A DNA stretch of 64,000 nucleotides from positions 15,562,001 to 15,626,000 of the forward strand of contig NC_092672.1 in NCBI RefSeq assembly GCF_964355755.1, given 5' to 3'. The notes beneath the pieces were generated by a model, which searched no databases, was not told the origin of the DNA, and worked only from the letters and a program-made list of their open reading frames with translations. The translations under genes and the position numbers were made by a program. Positions 1 to 12,001 of this stretch are shown in pieces. This stretch comes from Antedon mediterranea. Lineage: Eukaryota; Animalia; Echinodermata. Each line of letters begins with the position of its first letter. The stretch's first letter is position 1.

Positions 1-222
1 TAGTTAGTAATAACACATTTGGAGTTGATAACAGCAGTAGGGCTGGTGTTAGGCTAGCCAAACCTGCAGGGTATGGCCTAGCCTAGTAGTAGTAGCCCAG
101 CTAGTTGTAAGCTAGCCCTACTAGACCTGGGTAAAACAATCAATATTTTACTACTGAAATAACAAAATGCGATATTCTATTCTTCTTCTTGTAATGTAGA
201 ATAATCCTTTAAAATATATCTA

Positions 223-635
223 AACTAGAGGGTACTCCGAGAGTACAAACCTCCGCCTACTGTAAAATTCCCCTACATAAAATTCCCTCCGAAAATGTTT
301 TTTTTTTTACTTTTTTTTTATTAGTTCTAAAGTGTAAATAGGCTAACTGCACACTACAAAGTTGTGGATGAGAGTTTGGTGTAATGGTTATGTATCCAGC
401 CTCTCACAGTTAAGGTCCCTGGTTCAAATCCCGCTGAGAGTTTTTTTTATTTTTATATATTTTTTTTTCGTCCGAGCTTTTGGGGCATAGATCATTGTGT
501 CCAAATTTGGTGGGAATCGGATAAAAACTGTGGCCTTCAGGCTGTTCACAGACACACACACACACACACCCACACACGCGCACCCACGCACCCAAACATA
601 CAGGGGTGAAAACATAACCTCCTTGGCGGAGGTAA
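223..635 (-). mobile_element. Helentron-associated (HINE/DINE-1-like) non-autonomous element
   Basis: Minus strand: TTACCTCCGCCAAGGAGG 5' hairpin, (GT)n microsatellite, 3' subterminal GGCGGAGGT, short stem-loop, CTAGTT end. Confidence 0.7.
372..440 (+). repeat. tRNA-derived (SINE head-like) segment inside the HINE
   Basis: A-box-like TGGTGTAATGG and B-box GGTTCAAATCC with tRNA spacing; acceptor stem imperfect. Confidence 0.5.
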
Positions 636-762
636 CAAAATATGAGCTTCACCACTAGTACTGTGTAGTAGGATAGTTAATTCAGTACTGTATCTGTATT
701 GATGAATTTAATTATTAATAATAATTTGTTTTGTTTCAGATAACTACTGTAAAAATAAAACC

Positions 763-2830
763 ATGGCATCGCTTTCAACAACTGATATAGATAATTTAAC
801 CAAATCCCTACTATCAAATGACAATTTTTTAACAATCATTCAGAATGTAACTCCAAATGCTCAACCTCAAGCACATAGAAATACTACAAGAAGACCACAC
901 CAAGATCTAAATAGTGAAATGAATAGTTTATTTACCACACCATCAACAAGATCAAGAAATACCACCAGAAGAAGAACACAAGATAATTCAAGGTCTCGTT
1001 CATGCTCTAATTCTAGGCAAAACCAAAATTACTTCTACTTAAAAGAAGTCATTTTATTGGATACATCACAAAGCGATCAAATACCCAGGGCAAATTACTA
1101 TGGAAAACTAGATGAAAAAGGTTAGTTATTTATTATGATTATTATCCTAATCTACTATGTATTTCAGTTTTTTTATTCAATACTAATAAAAACAAGGCCA
1201 ACAGCCATAAGTCGCGTGCTAAAACGCATAGTGATACCGGACCAACAGACAGACCGACCGACCGACATAGTGAACTATAGAGTCGCGTACACGCGACTAA
1301 AAATATTGTTTCTTACCAATTTTTGTTTCAGAAACTTTTTTGGCACATTCACTTAAAAAAATGTATTTATAGTCTAAACATTTAAGTAATGAACTTTTTT
1401 AAACAAAATTCCTCAATTCATGAATAAATATATAAAAAGTATAGAACAGTGTCTTGACTAAAAAATAAATTGATTTTTTTTTTCAATCTTTTGAAAGTTG
1501 ATAAACATTTTCAAGGTTCAACATGGCCTATTTTTGTTTTTGTCTACATGAGAAATCATATTTACTGATTATGTATCATGAAATTTACTTTTAACACTAC
1601 AGGTCATGTTTATCATCATGTTGAACTAGAACAATGCATGACAGCAAAAGAAGTTTACAAAAAATTGGAAAATATGTTTTCAGATATATTGGAAATTGAA
1701 AGTGATCCAAATAAGTAAGTTCTTTTGATTTATTTAAATTTAAAATAAAGTACTGTAACTGTAGTGAAAACTAAAATGTTAAATTTAGTTTACAAGCAAT
1801 GTTTGATTTGCAAAAAAATATTTTGAATAAGTTTTTGCTCAGCAAAGTGGGATTCTGATTGGTTACAAGCATGACTGATTCATAGAAACAATATTCCAGC
1901 TTCCTTTTCATCTTCAAAAGATTAAACAAAATGCCTTGCAAAATCTTAACTTTGAGCTTTCAATATAATGTGATAGTACCAACATAAGAAGTTTGTTAAC
2001 CTGTGTGCAATGATATGATGTACAGTTAAGATCAGAATAATTTTTGATTGGTCATTACAATATACACACCAGTACATATTCTGAATGTTTTTAATAAATA
2101 ACTATAATAATAAATGAACTGTAGCTTGATATTTAGGTGCTGAGCGTTTTAAGTCAGAAAAAAAAGAATGCCTTGTGTACAGCTTTCACCTCCCTTCAGT
2201 AAATAACATAACATTTTGTCATCTACATTTTATAAATTATATCTTCTAGGTTTGAGTTTATGATTGGAATGGGTTCACGATTAACTAAACTACGTTTAAC
2301 TGATGATCAAGAAAGGAATGCACAGCTTTTGCATCGTTTATATGGAAACAAGAGGGTGTACTTGTTGCCTTCCCGAGATATTGTTAGTACAACTAACAGT
2401 AACATTAGTGACTATTTATTACCTCTTAGTCCTACATCTGATGCAAAAGAAAGTGATACTGAAGCATAAGAGATGGCCTTCAGTATACAGAACTTATGCC
2501 ATTCATTGAAAGATGCAATGAAATGTGTTCTATTTTCCTAATGAAACATGTGGATATGACACCTGAGTTGATGGTAGACATAGGAGAGTGGGATACTCTG
2601 GAGAATGTTCATAAAGAGAAAGAGTGGTTACGGGAAGCAATTAATGAGATGTCATGCCAAGAATTAACATGTATGCTAAAATTTTGTACCAGCTTTACAC
2701 AGTTCTTTTCTCAAACCAAAAATGTTGTTGATAGCTGATCTTATTCAATTGTTATGTTTCTTTGAATGCTTGAGCATTCAGACTTTAGACAGTTTAGTTT
2801 TTATTGTAGCAATGATAGCTTTAAAATGTT
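763..2830 (+). pseudogene. Spliced accessory gene of the IS3EU-like element with a degenerate HECT (G2E3-like) C-terminal remnant
   Basis: Exons 763-1120, 1603-1714 and 2250-2469 join in frame across GT-AG introns (..LDEK-G-HVYHH..DPN-K-FEFMIG..). Stop at 2469, then in another frame WLREAINEMSCQELTCMLKFCT and FNCYVSLN, resembling a HECT C-lobe. Confidence 0.55.
1191..1303 (-). mobile_element. Short HINE-like element in an intron
   Basis: Minus strand: TTTTTAGTCGCGTGTACGCGACT hairpin, (GTCG/GTCT)n microsatellite, CACGCGACT subterminal repeat, GGCCTTGTT end. Confidence 0.6.
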
Positions 2831-3772
2831 AGTAATTAAGTGCTAACATGTTTAATACAATAATGACATTCAGTTTTGTTATTGTTAATATGTTTTTATT
2901 GTTTTAATCAAGCTTAATTCAAAGTCTTAATTCCAATTTAAAAAAAAATATTTTGCAATTAGTGGCTACATTTTTTTTTTACAATTTTTGTTTAATATTA
3001 TTGTTGGGAAACACAATCATAAAGTTATTTTTATCACATACAGTGGTAGTTATATTTTGAACACCAGTTTTAACATAGTTACATGAATGTTTTAATGATG
3101 GAGGGTTTTATTCTTAAATCACATTTAAATAATTATATAATATTGAGAGTTTTTTTCCCTAAAAATCATATTATGAATTGCTCATTTATGTCAGACTTCA
3201 ATACTTGATTTGTATGTATAGAAATTGATTTTCTACTACATCTTAAATGTATAAAGATAATTTCATGTTAAATATCTTCAATGCTTGTTACTTTCATTCA
3301 TTTAATACCATGTACCACATTTTTTTTTTCTTGTACTTTTATACTTGAAATTCATATAAACTATACTTTGGTAATGTTTGGGTTACTTATAAACCAAAGG
3401 ATTCATTTCTATTTAAAAAAAAAATTTGGTTTAGAATAAAAGAACAGCCTCTATAATAAGCTATTTCTTTGCACTTATGGGTATGTTAAATAATTCCACA
3501 GAAATTTTACTTAACACGCTTCTGATTTTATAACGTATTTATAGTATGGTACCTTCATGGAGTTTTGCATACTTTTTAAAGTTTGTGATTGTATTTGAAA
3601 CAACTAAACACTGCATTAAAAGTATTTTTGAGTCTGTCTTATTTTGTTGTTTGTTTGAACTTATTGAAAGTATACCGCTGCAAAAACAATGTCACAAAGG
3701 TCAATTTTGGAAGTTGATGCGACAAATAATATTATTAGTATACTATACGAATCATGTACGTGTGTAATTATA

Positions 3773-5097
3773 TTTTTAGGTGATCATTTAGAATAAAATG
3801 ATTATCTATTATTATTGTATGAAATCTTTATTGTTATTTTTTTTCCTTTTTATTGTTTCTGTACACTATTTTGTGTAACAATTATCTCAAAAAGTTCACT
3901 CATCTGTGACGTAATTTATACCCAATTTTGTGAAATCACATTATCGATCATATCTCTATATTACTTGTAATCACATGTCAATAAAATTCACTATACATAA
4001 ACTGCATGTCAAGGGTAAAAAGAATAGCAAATAAAATAAAAATTAATAGTGAAATCGCGCGTTAAAAATTTAAAAAGCTCAAAATTACATTCACCAAATT
4101 ATACGAGCAGGTTAAAAAATGACAAAATGCGCACATTAATTGCACAAAAGTGTCAAAAACGGTAAAAAATAAGGCCTTATAATATATAAATATAACTCTT
4201 CAGAATGGACGCTTACTACCAATTTTTTTAAACTGATTGTGGAAGCCAATAAGTTGGAGTTATGAATGCATCATGTACATATTAGACGTACAAAATTATA
4301 TGTCATCATTTGGCCACATAAATAAAAAAATTGGATTTTTTTCGTTTCATCTTAGACAATCATATTGAACAGAGGGCATCTCGCTTATCTGTGATTGATT
4401 TTCTTTTAATTTTTAATATATTCTACCTCAACCAATTATGTTACTCATGAGTTGCCAACATTTCCATTTAGATGATTTCATCATGTCTAAAAATTTAAAT
4501 AACGCTGATTACGTAATTTCACCTACAACGGATATTTGAATACCTTGCAGCTCTTCTGAAATAAAGTTGACCTTGATTTTTATAACTTATTATGAGAGCT
4601 TGTAAAATGTAGATATGAATTTATTTAAAAATTAGGTCTATCAGATGTTGTAACGTTATCATATGGCCAGTTGAAGTTAAAAAGTAGTTTTTTCATCTCT
4701 TTCGTCAAAGTTATACAAATTTTAAAGAGCGCGCACCACGCTTCTACGTGCCAAATTTTCTTCCAATTGTTATATTTTATTGCTCAATTCATTATCTTTC
4801 GATATTGTTATCCACAAGTTTATTTTGATAATGTTATCAATGCCAAAAAATTAGAACATGATGTTTGTCCGTAATTTCACCAATGCTACACGGTATATAG
4901 ATATACAGTATATACTGTACTTAATGTATATGGCATATAATATACACAACTCAGCACTATAAGCGTATAATAAGAAGGCATACATCAACATTTTCCGATC
5001 GTATGTTCGCATACGTGCATGTTTAAAAAATATTAATGTCCATAAAATTATAAAAAAGATCAACAATATTTCGTCAAAGTTAAATTAATTTCTAGTT
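3773..5097 (+). mobile_element. HINE-like element, copy 1
   Basis: 5' AGGTGATCATTT..AAAATGAT hairpin, 3' hairpin plus CTAGTT; collinear with 56622-58182. Confidence 0.7.
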
Positions 5098-6403
5098 TTT
5101 TTTACATCTATATTGAAAATTTGTTTAGAAGCAATAAAAATCAATTTGTGGGTAATAGGGGTAGACGCAGGGGTGTTGCCTGGGCAATTCCTTCTTTCTG
5201 CAAATTTCAATATTTTTTTCTGGAGTGTTGTTTAGGCAACACTGTTTATACAGTTTATAGTGGATAAATGAAAATAAATTTTGCTAATTGTGGTTTTACT
5301 GACTTATTTAGCATTTATTTCAAAATAATACAATTAAACGTTTTGCTCAAAATATTTATAGCAGCAGCCTCTTATTTTTTGTTTAGCTTTTTAAAATTAT
5401 GATTTGATAATAAATAATTTGTACTCATTATAATTGCTAATTAAATTTAATTAATTAATTTCCGGCCATCTAGTGGTGTAATTAAAAAAAATTTGCATCG
5501 CTCCTCTATGGGCCAAATATGTGGTTTTGCGGCTGGACTCTTCTTGGCCAACACCCTTAAAATAGTCCTCTACGACCACCCCTGCCTGTTAAAATTGCAT
5601 GTTGCAAATCTAGCCAAAATACAATCGATTTTAAATAGCTTGGATCAGCTCTGTATTTGTTTTGCATTGGGAAATCTGTAACATTCACAACAAATATAAT
5701 TTTTACTAAAAAAAAAATCATGTCATTCAAATTTTGTTAATATAAATTTATTTATGTATAAGTTTCTAGCCACAGTACAATTGAGTTTAGATGAGCTTAG
5801 CTCTACCTTTTGTTTGAAGGCTCTGTGTTTACTGTACGTTATTAATATAGCTATCATAAAAATTTGAGTTTTTACACCAAAAAACTGTTAAAAATCATGT
5901 TACTGTATTTATTTAAATAAACACCTGAGGATTGTTATGAGTGCAAAGCACTATCCAATCGTATGCTACACCTCAAACAATATAAATTATAATATAAAAT
6001 AAAACTAAACAATAGATTAAAGCAACAACAAAAAATTTATTTACAGTTAAAATGTTTCATGTGTACAGAAAAAAGCTGCTTAATATAACATTGGAGAGCT
6101 GTCGCAAATATGTTGAAAATAATAAAGAATGTTCTTTTGGAATATCTTACCATACACAGAGACAATTATTATAATAAATATTAGAAAAACTAACTCTCTC
6201 GTCCATAGAAAGTAAATTTAAATTACCCATTGCACAAAGTTGTATTTGTGCTACAGTAGTATTATATTTTTTCAAAAAAGAAAACCAGACTCTAGTGGTC
6301 CTACGGAAACCGGTGAAAAGTTCATTAGAATCAATGTTTGTTCATTTCTAGGGTTGTTTACTATCACTGATCGGAGATAGTTACTAAATGGTTGTTTAGG
6401 GGT

Positions 6404-8144
6404 TTACATCATGCCTTCCACTATATGAACTAAATTGACATAAATGTCTATACATTGGTCAACATCTGCTTTATTAGCACCTAGTGCATATGATTTAATA
6501 AATTGTTCTTGGTTGTTGGTTAATGGCAATTGTATATATGGAACAACAATCTGTTCATTATTGTTGTCATCAACAGCTTGTGGCCCATCTTCATCAATTC
6601 CATCGTGAATTAGATCTTGATATTCTTCAGGATTGTTAAATGCATAAGCATTTAATCCCATATGCCAAAGTTGATTCGGTGAAAGATTATGTTCGCTACT
6701 CATGGGATGGTCATTCCAATTGCCTTCCATCTCTCTTAATGAATCATTAATGGGACTTAAAAATACCGAATGAAGGCAATAAATATGAATCTGGTTTAAG
6801 GGATCAAGAATTCCCAAATTTTCCATGTAGTTAAATATACCTTGAAATTGTTTAACAACAGTTTGTTTGACATCCAGCCACAGCCTTTCAATTCTTTGAT
6901 TGTGAACTGATGAACCTGTTATATGGCTGCCACGATTTAAGCCTCTATTGCTTAACATAAAGCGAGCCACCAATACATTCTCGCCTCCTTTATCAGATCT
7001 GACTCGTGATGGTAAACCATGCTGTCCAACAGCTTCTTGAAATAGCTGAAGAACACTCTCTGCTTTGTTATTTGTGCAACATCTAAGATAAACAATCTTG
7101 CGTGAATATCCATCAATGCCTCCTAATATGACAAAGTTCCAGCAAATTAACTTATGATGGCCATCGATGTGCCTGTAAAACAAAACAAATTGGCTACTCT
7201 CTTGAATCATGCATAATAAACTTTTTGTACTGACGTACATTGTTAATGTTACATGTGTATATTTTCTTATCAATTATATGTACAGTACCTCAACAATAAT
7301 TCATGCAAATAAGTATTATGGGCAACTTATTATTCACATCTTAAAAAAGTTCATACTTTTTTTTAAATCTGCTAAATATACTGTATTTATTATTGTTAGT
7401 AAAAACATCTACCGTATACTGTAATCCTTACCATAAACTATTTGGACTTGCAACATTGTAAACTTCTTATAACAGATCTGGTTCGCCTTAATGATCTATT
7501 GATTGGGTCAACCTCCATTATAGCATCCCGAATTAGACTTCTCTGAACATGTACTGTATACGCCTTCTTCTTAATCCACCAATAATTAATTTTTCTCCAG
7601 CATCAGGCAATAAAATCAATATTCTTCATTTAAAAGCTGATCTCTTGAAATATTTGAATAGTAGTTTCTAGTAGAGTTAGGCTGGGAAACGGGCAAACCA
7701 TATAATCTTCTTCTTCTTCGAAGTGTATCAACAGAAATCGCTAATTGATGTGCAACAATTTTCCAACTATGAAATATTTCAAATAGTTCTTCAATATTCT
7801 CTTTATTAACTATAATCCTTGGTCGCCCATTAGATGTTTGTTCAGTTTGATGCGATGCAAACCACCTATGATGATCATGATTTCCGTTTATTCTTTCATC
7901 ATATGAGGCAAAAATAGAATTTAATTCAGTAGAAAGTATAACAAATTGTTCAATGGTATCTAGAGGAACATCACTCTCTTGTAACCTTCTTAAAACAATA
8001 TTAAATAAAATGTTTAACTTCTCAATCCTAAGATGCCAGTTTTCAAGCACATTAATATTGTCAGATATAAGACCTCTTTGCGCCTGGCATAAAGTTCCTG
8101 GTAATTCTCTGAAATTTGCAGCAAATCCATGGTAAATGCCTGTT
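6404..8144 (-). pseudogene. DDE transposase/integrase (IS3/IS481-related, IS3EU-type), spliced and frameshifted
   Basis: Motifs NSLW|HIDGHHKL (intron 7173-7431, GT-AG), [29 protein letters not shown]; HTH-like IAHQLAISVDTLRRR region upstream; frameshifts within 7433-7620. Confidence 0.85.
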
Positions 8145-8204
8145 CTGAAATAAAAATATGTACAAATTAATTCTTAAAATTTGATTTGAAATAAGAATTA
8201 TTAT

Positions 8205-8880
8205 TAGCTAGCTAGCCTAGGGCCTTTAGTAGGCCTACTAGTACTACTACTAGGCCCGAGTCTATGGTCTCCAGGGAGGCTATATTTATTATAATAGGCT
8301 AGTACTAGCCTAGCCTACTAGGGCCTATAGGCCTAGAAGGCTAGTAGTAGAAGGACTAGGGCCTAGTAGTCTAGGCCTGCCTACTATAGCTAACAATGCC
8401 TAGCTAGTAAAGACCTAGCCTATAGGCCTGCTAGGTAGGCAAGAGGTAGGCCTAGCCTAGCTAGCTTAGTAGTTAGTGGGCATAAGCCTAGTTAGAGGTC
8501 TTTGGTTAGTTTAGTAGGCTCCTTGATTGAGAGCTAGCCTATATAAGCCTAGCCCTATTTAGGCCCAGGGCTTTAGGCCTACTGGCTAGTAGGCTTAGGC
8601 CTAGCTAGCCTAGCCTAGGTTTAGGTCTAGGCCCGGGCCCTACTTCTACTATACTACACAGGCTAGGCCTCTATGCCTAGTATAGCCTAGCTAGGCTAGG
8701 CCTAGTAGTAGTAGTTACTCCCGTTACTAGTAGGCTAGCTGTTTCATTCTTTTCTTTTAATAACGGAATTGGGTCTTTATTTATAGGCGCGAGGTCTAGG
8801 CCTAGCCTAAATATTGTATTGTTATACATACCTACCACCCTTAGTGATTTAGTATAGTCCGGCCGCGCCTAGGCCTAGTT
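8205..8880. repeat. CTAG/TAGGCCTA-rich low-complexity tract in the probable first intron of the transposase
   Basis: Dense TAGGCCTA, CTAG and TAGTAG words between a minus-strand donor (~8831) and acceptor (~8145). Similar tracts at 1-130, 12670-13130 and 48895-48965. Confidence 0.7.
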
Positions 8881-9109
8881 ATTATATAATTTAGTAGACG
8901 ACCGACAACAGTGTTTCGCCGTCGCTTTTCAATATAATCAAAACTCCCAAAACGCCAATGCTATAACGATAAAAAAGAAATAAATATACCATCGGCGGCC
9001 GGCCGCCGGTTAGATAGCCATTTTCCATGGTATACCCCTCTCGAGAAATGGTATGGTCTTCACGCTTGATTAGAGATCTCTAACCAAGCGTTACAAGTAT
9101 ACATTCCTT

Positions 9110-9320
9110 GTTACAACTACATTTTAAAAGTGTACAACTACATTTTAAAAGTGTACAACTACATTTTAAAAGTGTACAACTACATTTTACAAATGTACAA
9201 CTACGTTTTACAATTACAAACATGAATTTTACAAATACACACACATTTTTAGGTTTACAAATACATTTTGCAATTACACACACACACATTTTAAATGTAC
9301 ACATACATTTTTCAGCTACA
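9110..9320. repeat. Subterminal 21-bp tandem repeats (TACAACTACATTTTAAAAGTG)
   Basis: Directly visible tandem units, degenerating towards the element terminus. Confidence 0.85.
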
Positions 9321-10100
9321 CACTTTTGCTGCTTATGGCGCCCCATAAGCAAATAGCATTTGCCTTCACCCAGTGTGCTTTTTTCGGGGCGGCTCCTAGA
9401 TATACGTTCGCATTGAACTTGAACGCAAAACAAAATACGGAGTAAATGATCAAACAATCGGCGGTTCCGCACAGAGCACGCGCATCTAACATACGGCAAC
9501 AAATAGTTATCGTCATTTAAATTATCGACGTGTTTGAGGAGGAGGAAAAAAGTACGATCTTTTTGCTCATTGGTTATATAGCATGCTGCACTAGTGTCTT
9601 TCCGGCCATCTAGGGGTGTCTTTCCGGCCATCTAGGGGTGTCATTTAACAAAATTCGCTTCGCATCAGGCTGGGGGAGGGGGGGGGGGGTTGACCCAAAT
9701 ATTTAGTGTCCGAACCCCACCTTGACAGATCCTGGCTACGGCCCTCCACTCACTAGCGGCCTAACTGGGGGCCTAACTAAATTAAAATACAGTATACACT
9801 GCCCACTATCAGGCCATCCATATCCTCCCCTTCATCGTTACCGCGTGGCATCGTGCAGATGTACACTTCTAGCTAACTTCCCACCCACCCTAGCTCTCAG
9901 GTATGCACTGCGCTGCCACTACAGTAGGAGGCCTAGGCCTAGCCTATTTCGGGTCTCATGTCTTGCAGCATTTGAAAATACGTGACTAATATTGTACATT
10001 ATTATTATTTTTTATTCGCACTGGAAGTATATAGGCTCTCCTGTCATGTTAAAATTAAAGTATATTATTTATTATCCACAGCAGTGAAAACAATTATTAT

Positions 10101-10700
10101 TTTTCGATAAATCTCGCGTCGCGTGTGTGAAAAAACTCTCAGCAAGTTTGCTTCATTAAATATGCATGAGACTCTGTGACGACCCACTTTAACGTGACGT
10201 CATTTTACTTTAGCTGCATGCGAAGAAGTAGTCACCGTTGAATATGCCGTGATTTTAATTGTCAAAAACATGATCGTCAGTTGATGGCTCGGAGTTTCGA
10301 TAAATCTCGCGTCGCATGTGTTACGTGGTGGTGGAAAACACTCTCAGCAAGTTTGCTTCATTAATATTATGCATGAGACTCTGTGAAGACCTGCTTTAAC
10401 GTGACGTCATTTTACTAGCTGCATGCGAAGAAGTAGTCACCGCGATCGACCCGGCGTGCGTGTAAGAAAATAATACCGGCCTAGGCTAGGACAAGTTTAT
10501 GCTTATATAAAAGCTGAAAAACATCGTCGCGTTATAAAACTTTAGATGTAAAGTACAGGCAAGTTGTTAGCTTGCTTTGGTACCCTAGGAAAGTATCAGC
10601 TGCATGTTCCACATGTCGTAATTTGCGAGCTTTAGAGTGTTTGGTAAATGACAAATATGAGATGTTTGTAAATCGTTTTAAACGACTTACAATGCGCTAG
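10101..10700 (+). repeat. Dispersed repeat with internal ~150-bp duplication; inverted copy at ~60370-60843
   Basis: TTTCGATAAATCTCGCGTCGC.. occurs at ~10102 and ~10295; the block reappears reverse-complemented near 60370-60843. Confidence 0.75.
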
Positions 10701-11020
10701 AACGCCAAAATTTCACTAAGCTATGCCACCCCTATTTCAATATCCTGGATCCGACCCTGCATGGGTGTTAGTCTCGCACATTTACAATTTTCGCACCCCC
10801 AGACAGCAACCAGCCTAACATTGGGTCACTACCCATAGGTTGAGGAACGCTTTAGATATTTGCAATTCATTAAAACTATTTTTAACAAACGCCTTCTATA
10901 TTTGTTATTCGAATTTCAATTTCAACTTGCACCCTTAATCAATGGAGTAAGAGCAGTTTTCTGTTTGGGCTCATGCCTATTACTTGCTCCGGGCGAAATG
11001 AAATGTAAAACATACTTTTA

Positions 11021-11841
11021 TATGGAACGCCGTTTACGCAACATTTCGATGATATGAATTTTATGACGCGATATGTGAATGAAATGCATCGATATGAATT
11101 GAATGGCGTGATATATGAATGAAATGTTTTGAATTGAATGCTTTGAATTGAATGTTTTGAATGAAATGTTTTGAATGAAATGTTTTGAATTGAATGTTTT
11201 GAATAAAATGTTTTGAATGAAATGTTTTGAATGAAATGTTTTGAATGAAATGTTTTGAATGAAATGTTTTGAATGAAATGTTTGAATTGAATTGAAAAGT
11301 CAAACTATTGGCGGCGTATGTCATTCCCGCTCGCGATTTTTTTTCAACCTCTTAATAGGCCTAAGCATGGGTACCCTCATCTCCTTTCAACGCTGTCATC
11401 AATATGAATCCTTTACAGAGACTCCCTAACAGACCTGAAACATTGGAATACATATTTCCGAACCCAGGTCTGTTAGGATTCTCTGTAAAGGCAGCGTGGA
11501 AGAAAGGAGATGAGGGTACCCATGCTTAGGCCTATTAAGAGGTTGAAAAAAAATCGCGAGCGGGAATGACATACGCCGCCAATAGTTTGACTTTTCAATT
11601 CAATTCAAACATTTCATTCAAAACATTTCATTCAAAACATTTCATTTAAAACATTTCATTCAAAACATTTCATTCAAAACATTTCATTCAAAACATTTCA
11701 TTCAAAATATTCAATTCAAAGCATTCAATTCAAAACATTTCATTCATATATCGCACCATTTAATTCATATCGATGCATTTCATTCACATATCGCGTCATA
11801 AAATTCATATCATCGAAATGTTGCGTAAACGGCGTTCCATA
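11021..11841. mobile_element. Foldback MITE, IS3EU-like (TATGG...CCATA, 6-bp TSD)
   Basis: TSD CTTTTA at 11015-11020 and 11842-11847; ~400-bp inverted arms containing 14-bp tandem repeats (TGAAATGTTTTGAA). Confidence 0.9.
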
Positions 11842-12001
11842 CTTTTAAGAACTTTTGCCGAATAAATATTATTATTAATCACATGTTATAATCATTTCGA
11901 TTTGAAGTTGAGTCTTGTTTTAATACGATCTTGTTTTTGCACTGACACACCTAACTATAAGGTATTTATTTCAAGATTAGCATTACAACACAGAAACTTA
12001 A

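Larger units (their letters stand above)
1..9347. mobile_element. IS3EU-like DNA transposon, right part (left end outside window), decayed; two convergent genes
   Basis: Terminus ...GGCGCCCCATA at 9347 (reverse complement TATGGGG..., same TATGG start as the 6-bp-TSD element at 11021); subterminal 21-bp repeats; encloses a DDE transposase and a second gene. TSD cannot be checked without the left end. Confidence 0.65.

Noticed and set aside
372-440. Functional tRNA gene (also 45521-45592 and ~14690-14760)
   Set aside because: Cloverleaf stems are incomplete; these are SINE-like derivatives.
7173-7273. N-terminus of the 289-aa ORF
   Set aside because: Intron sequence; the conserved W-HIDG motif is formed only by splicing.
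9080-9631. 183-aa Cys-rich ORF and overlapping 82-aa ORF
   Set aside because: Translation of the 21-bp subterminal repeats.
11061-11324. 87-aa repetitive ORF
   Set aside because: Product of the 14-bp repeats in the MITE arm.
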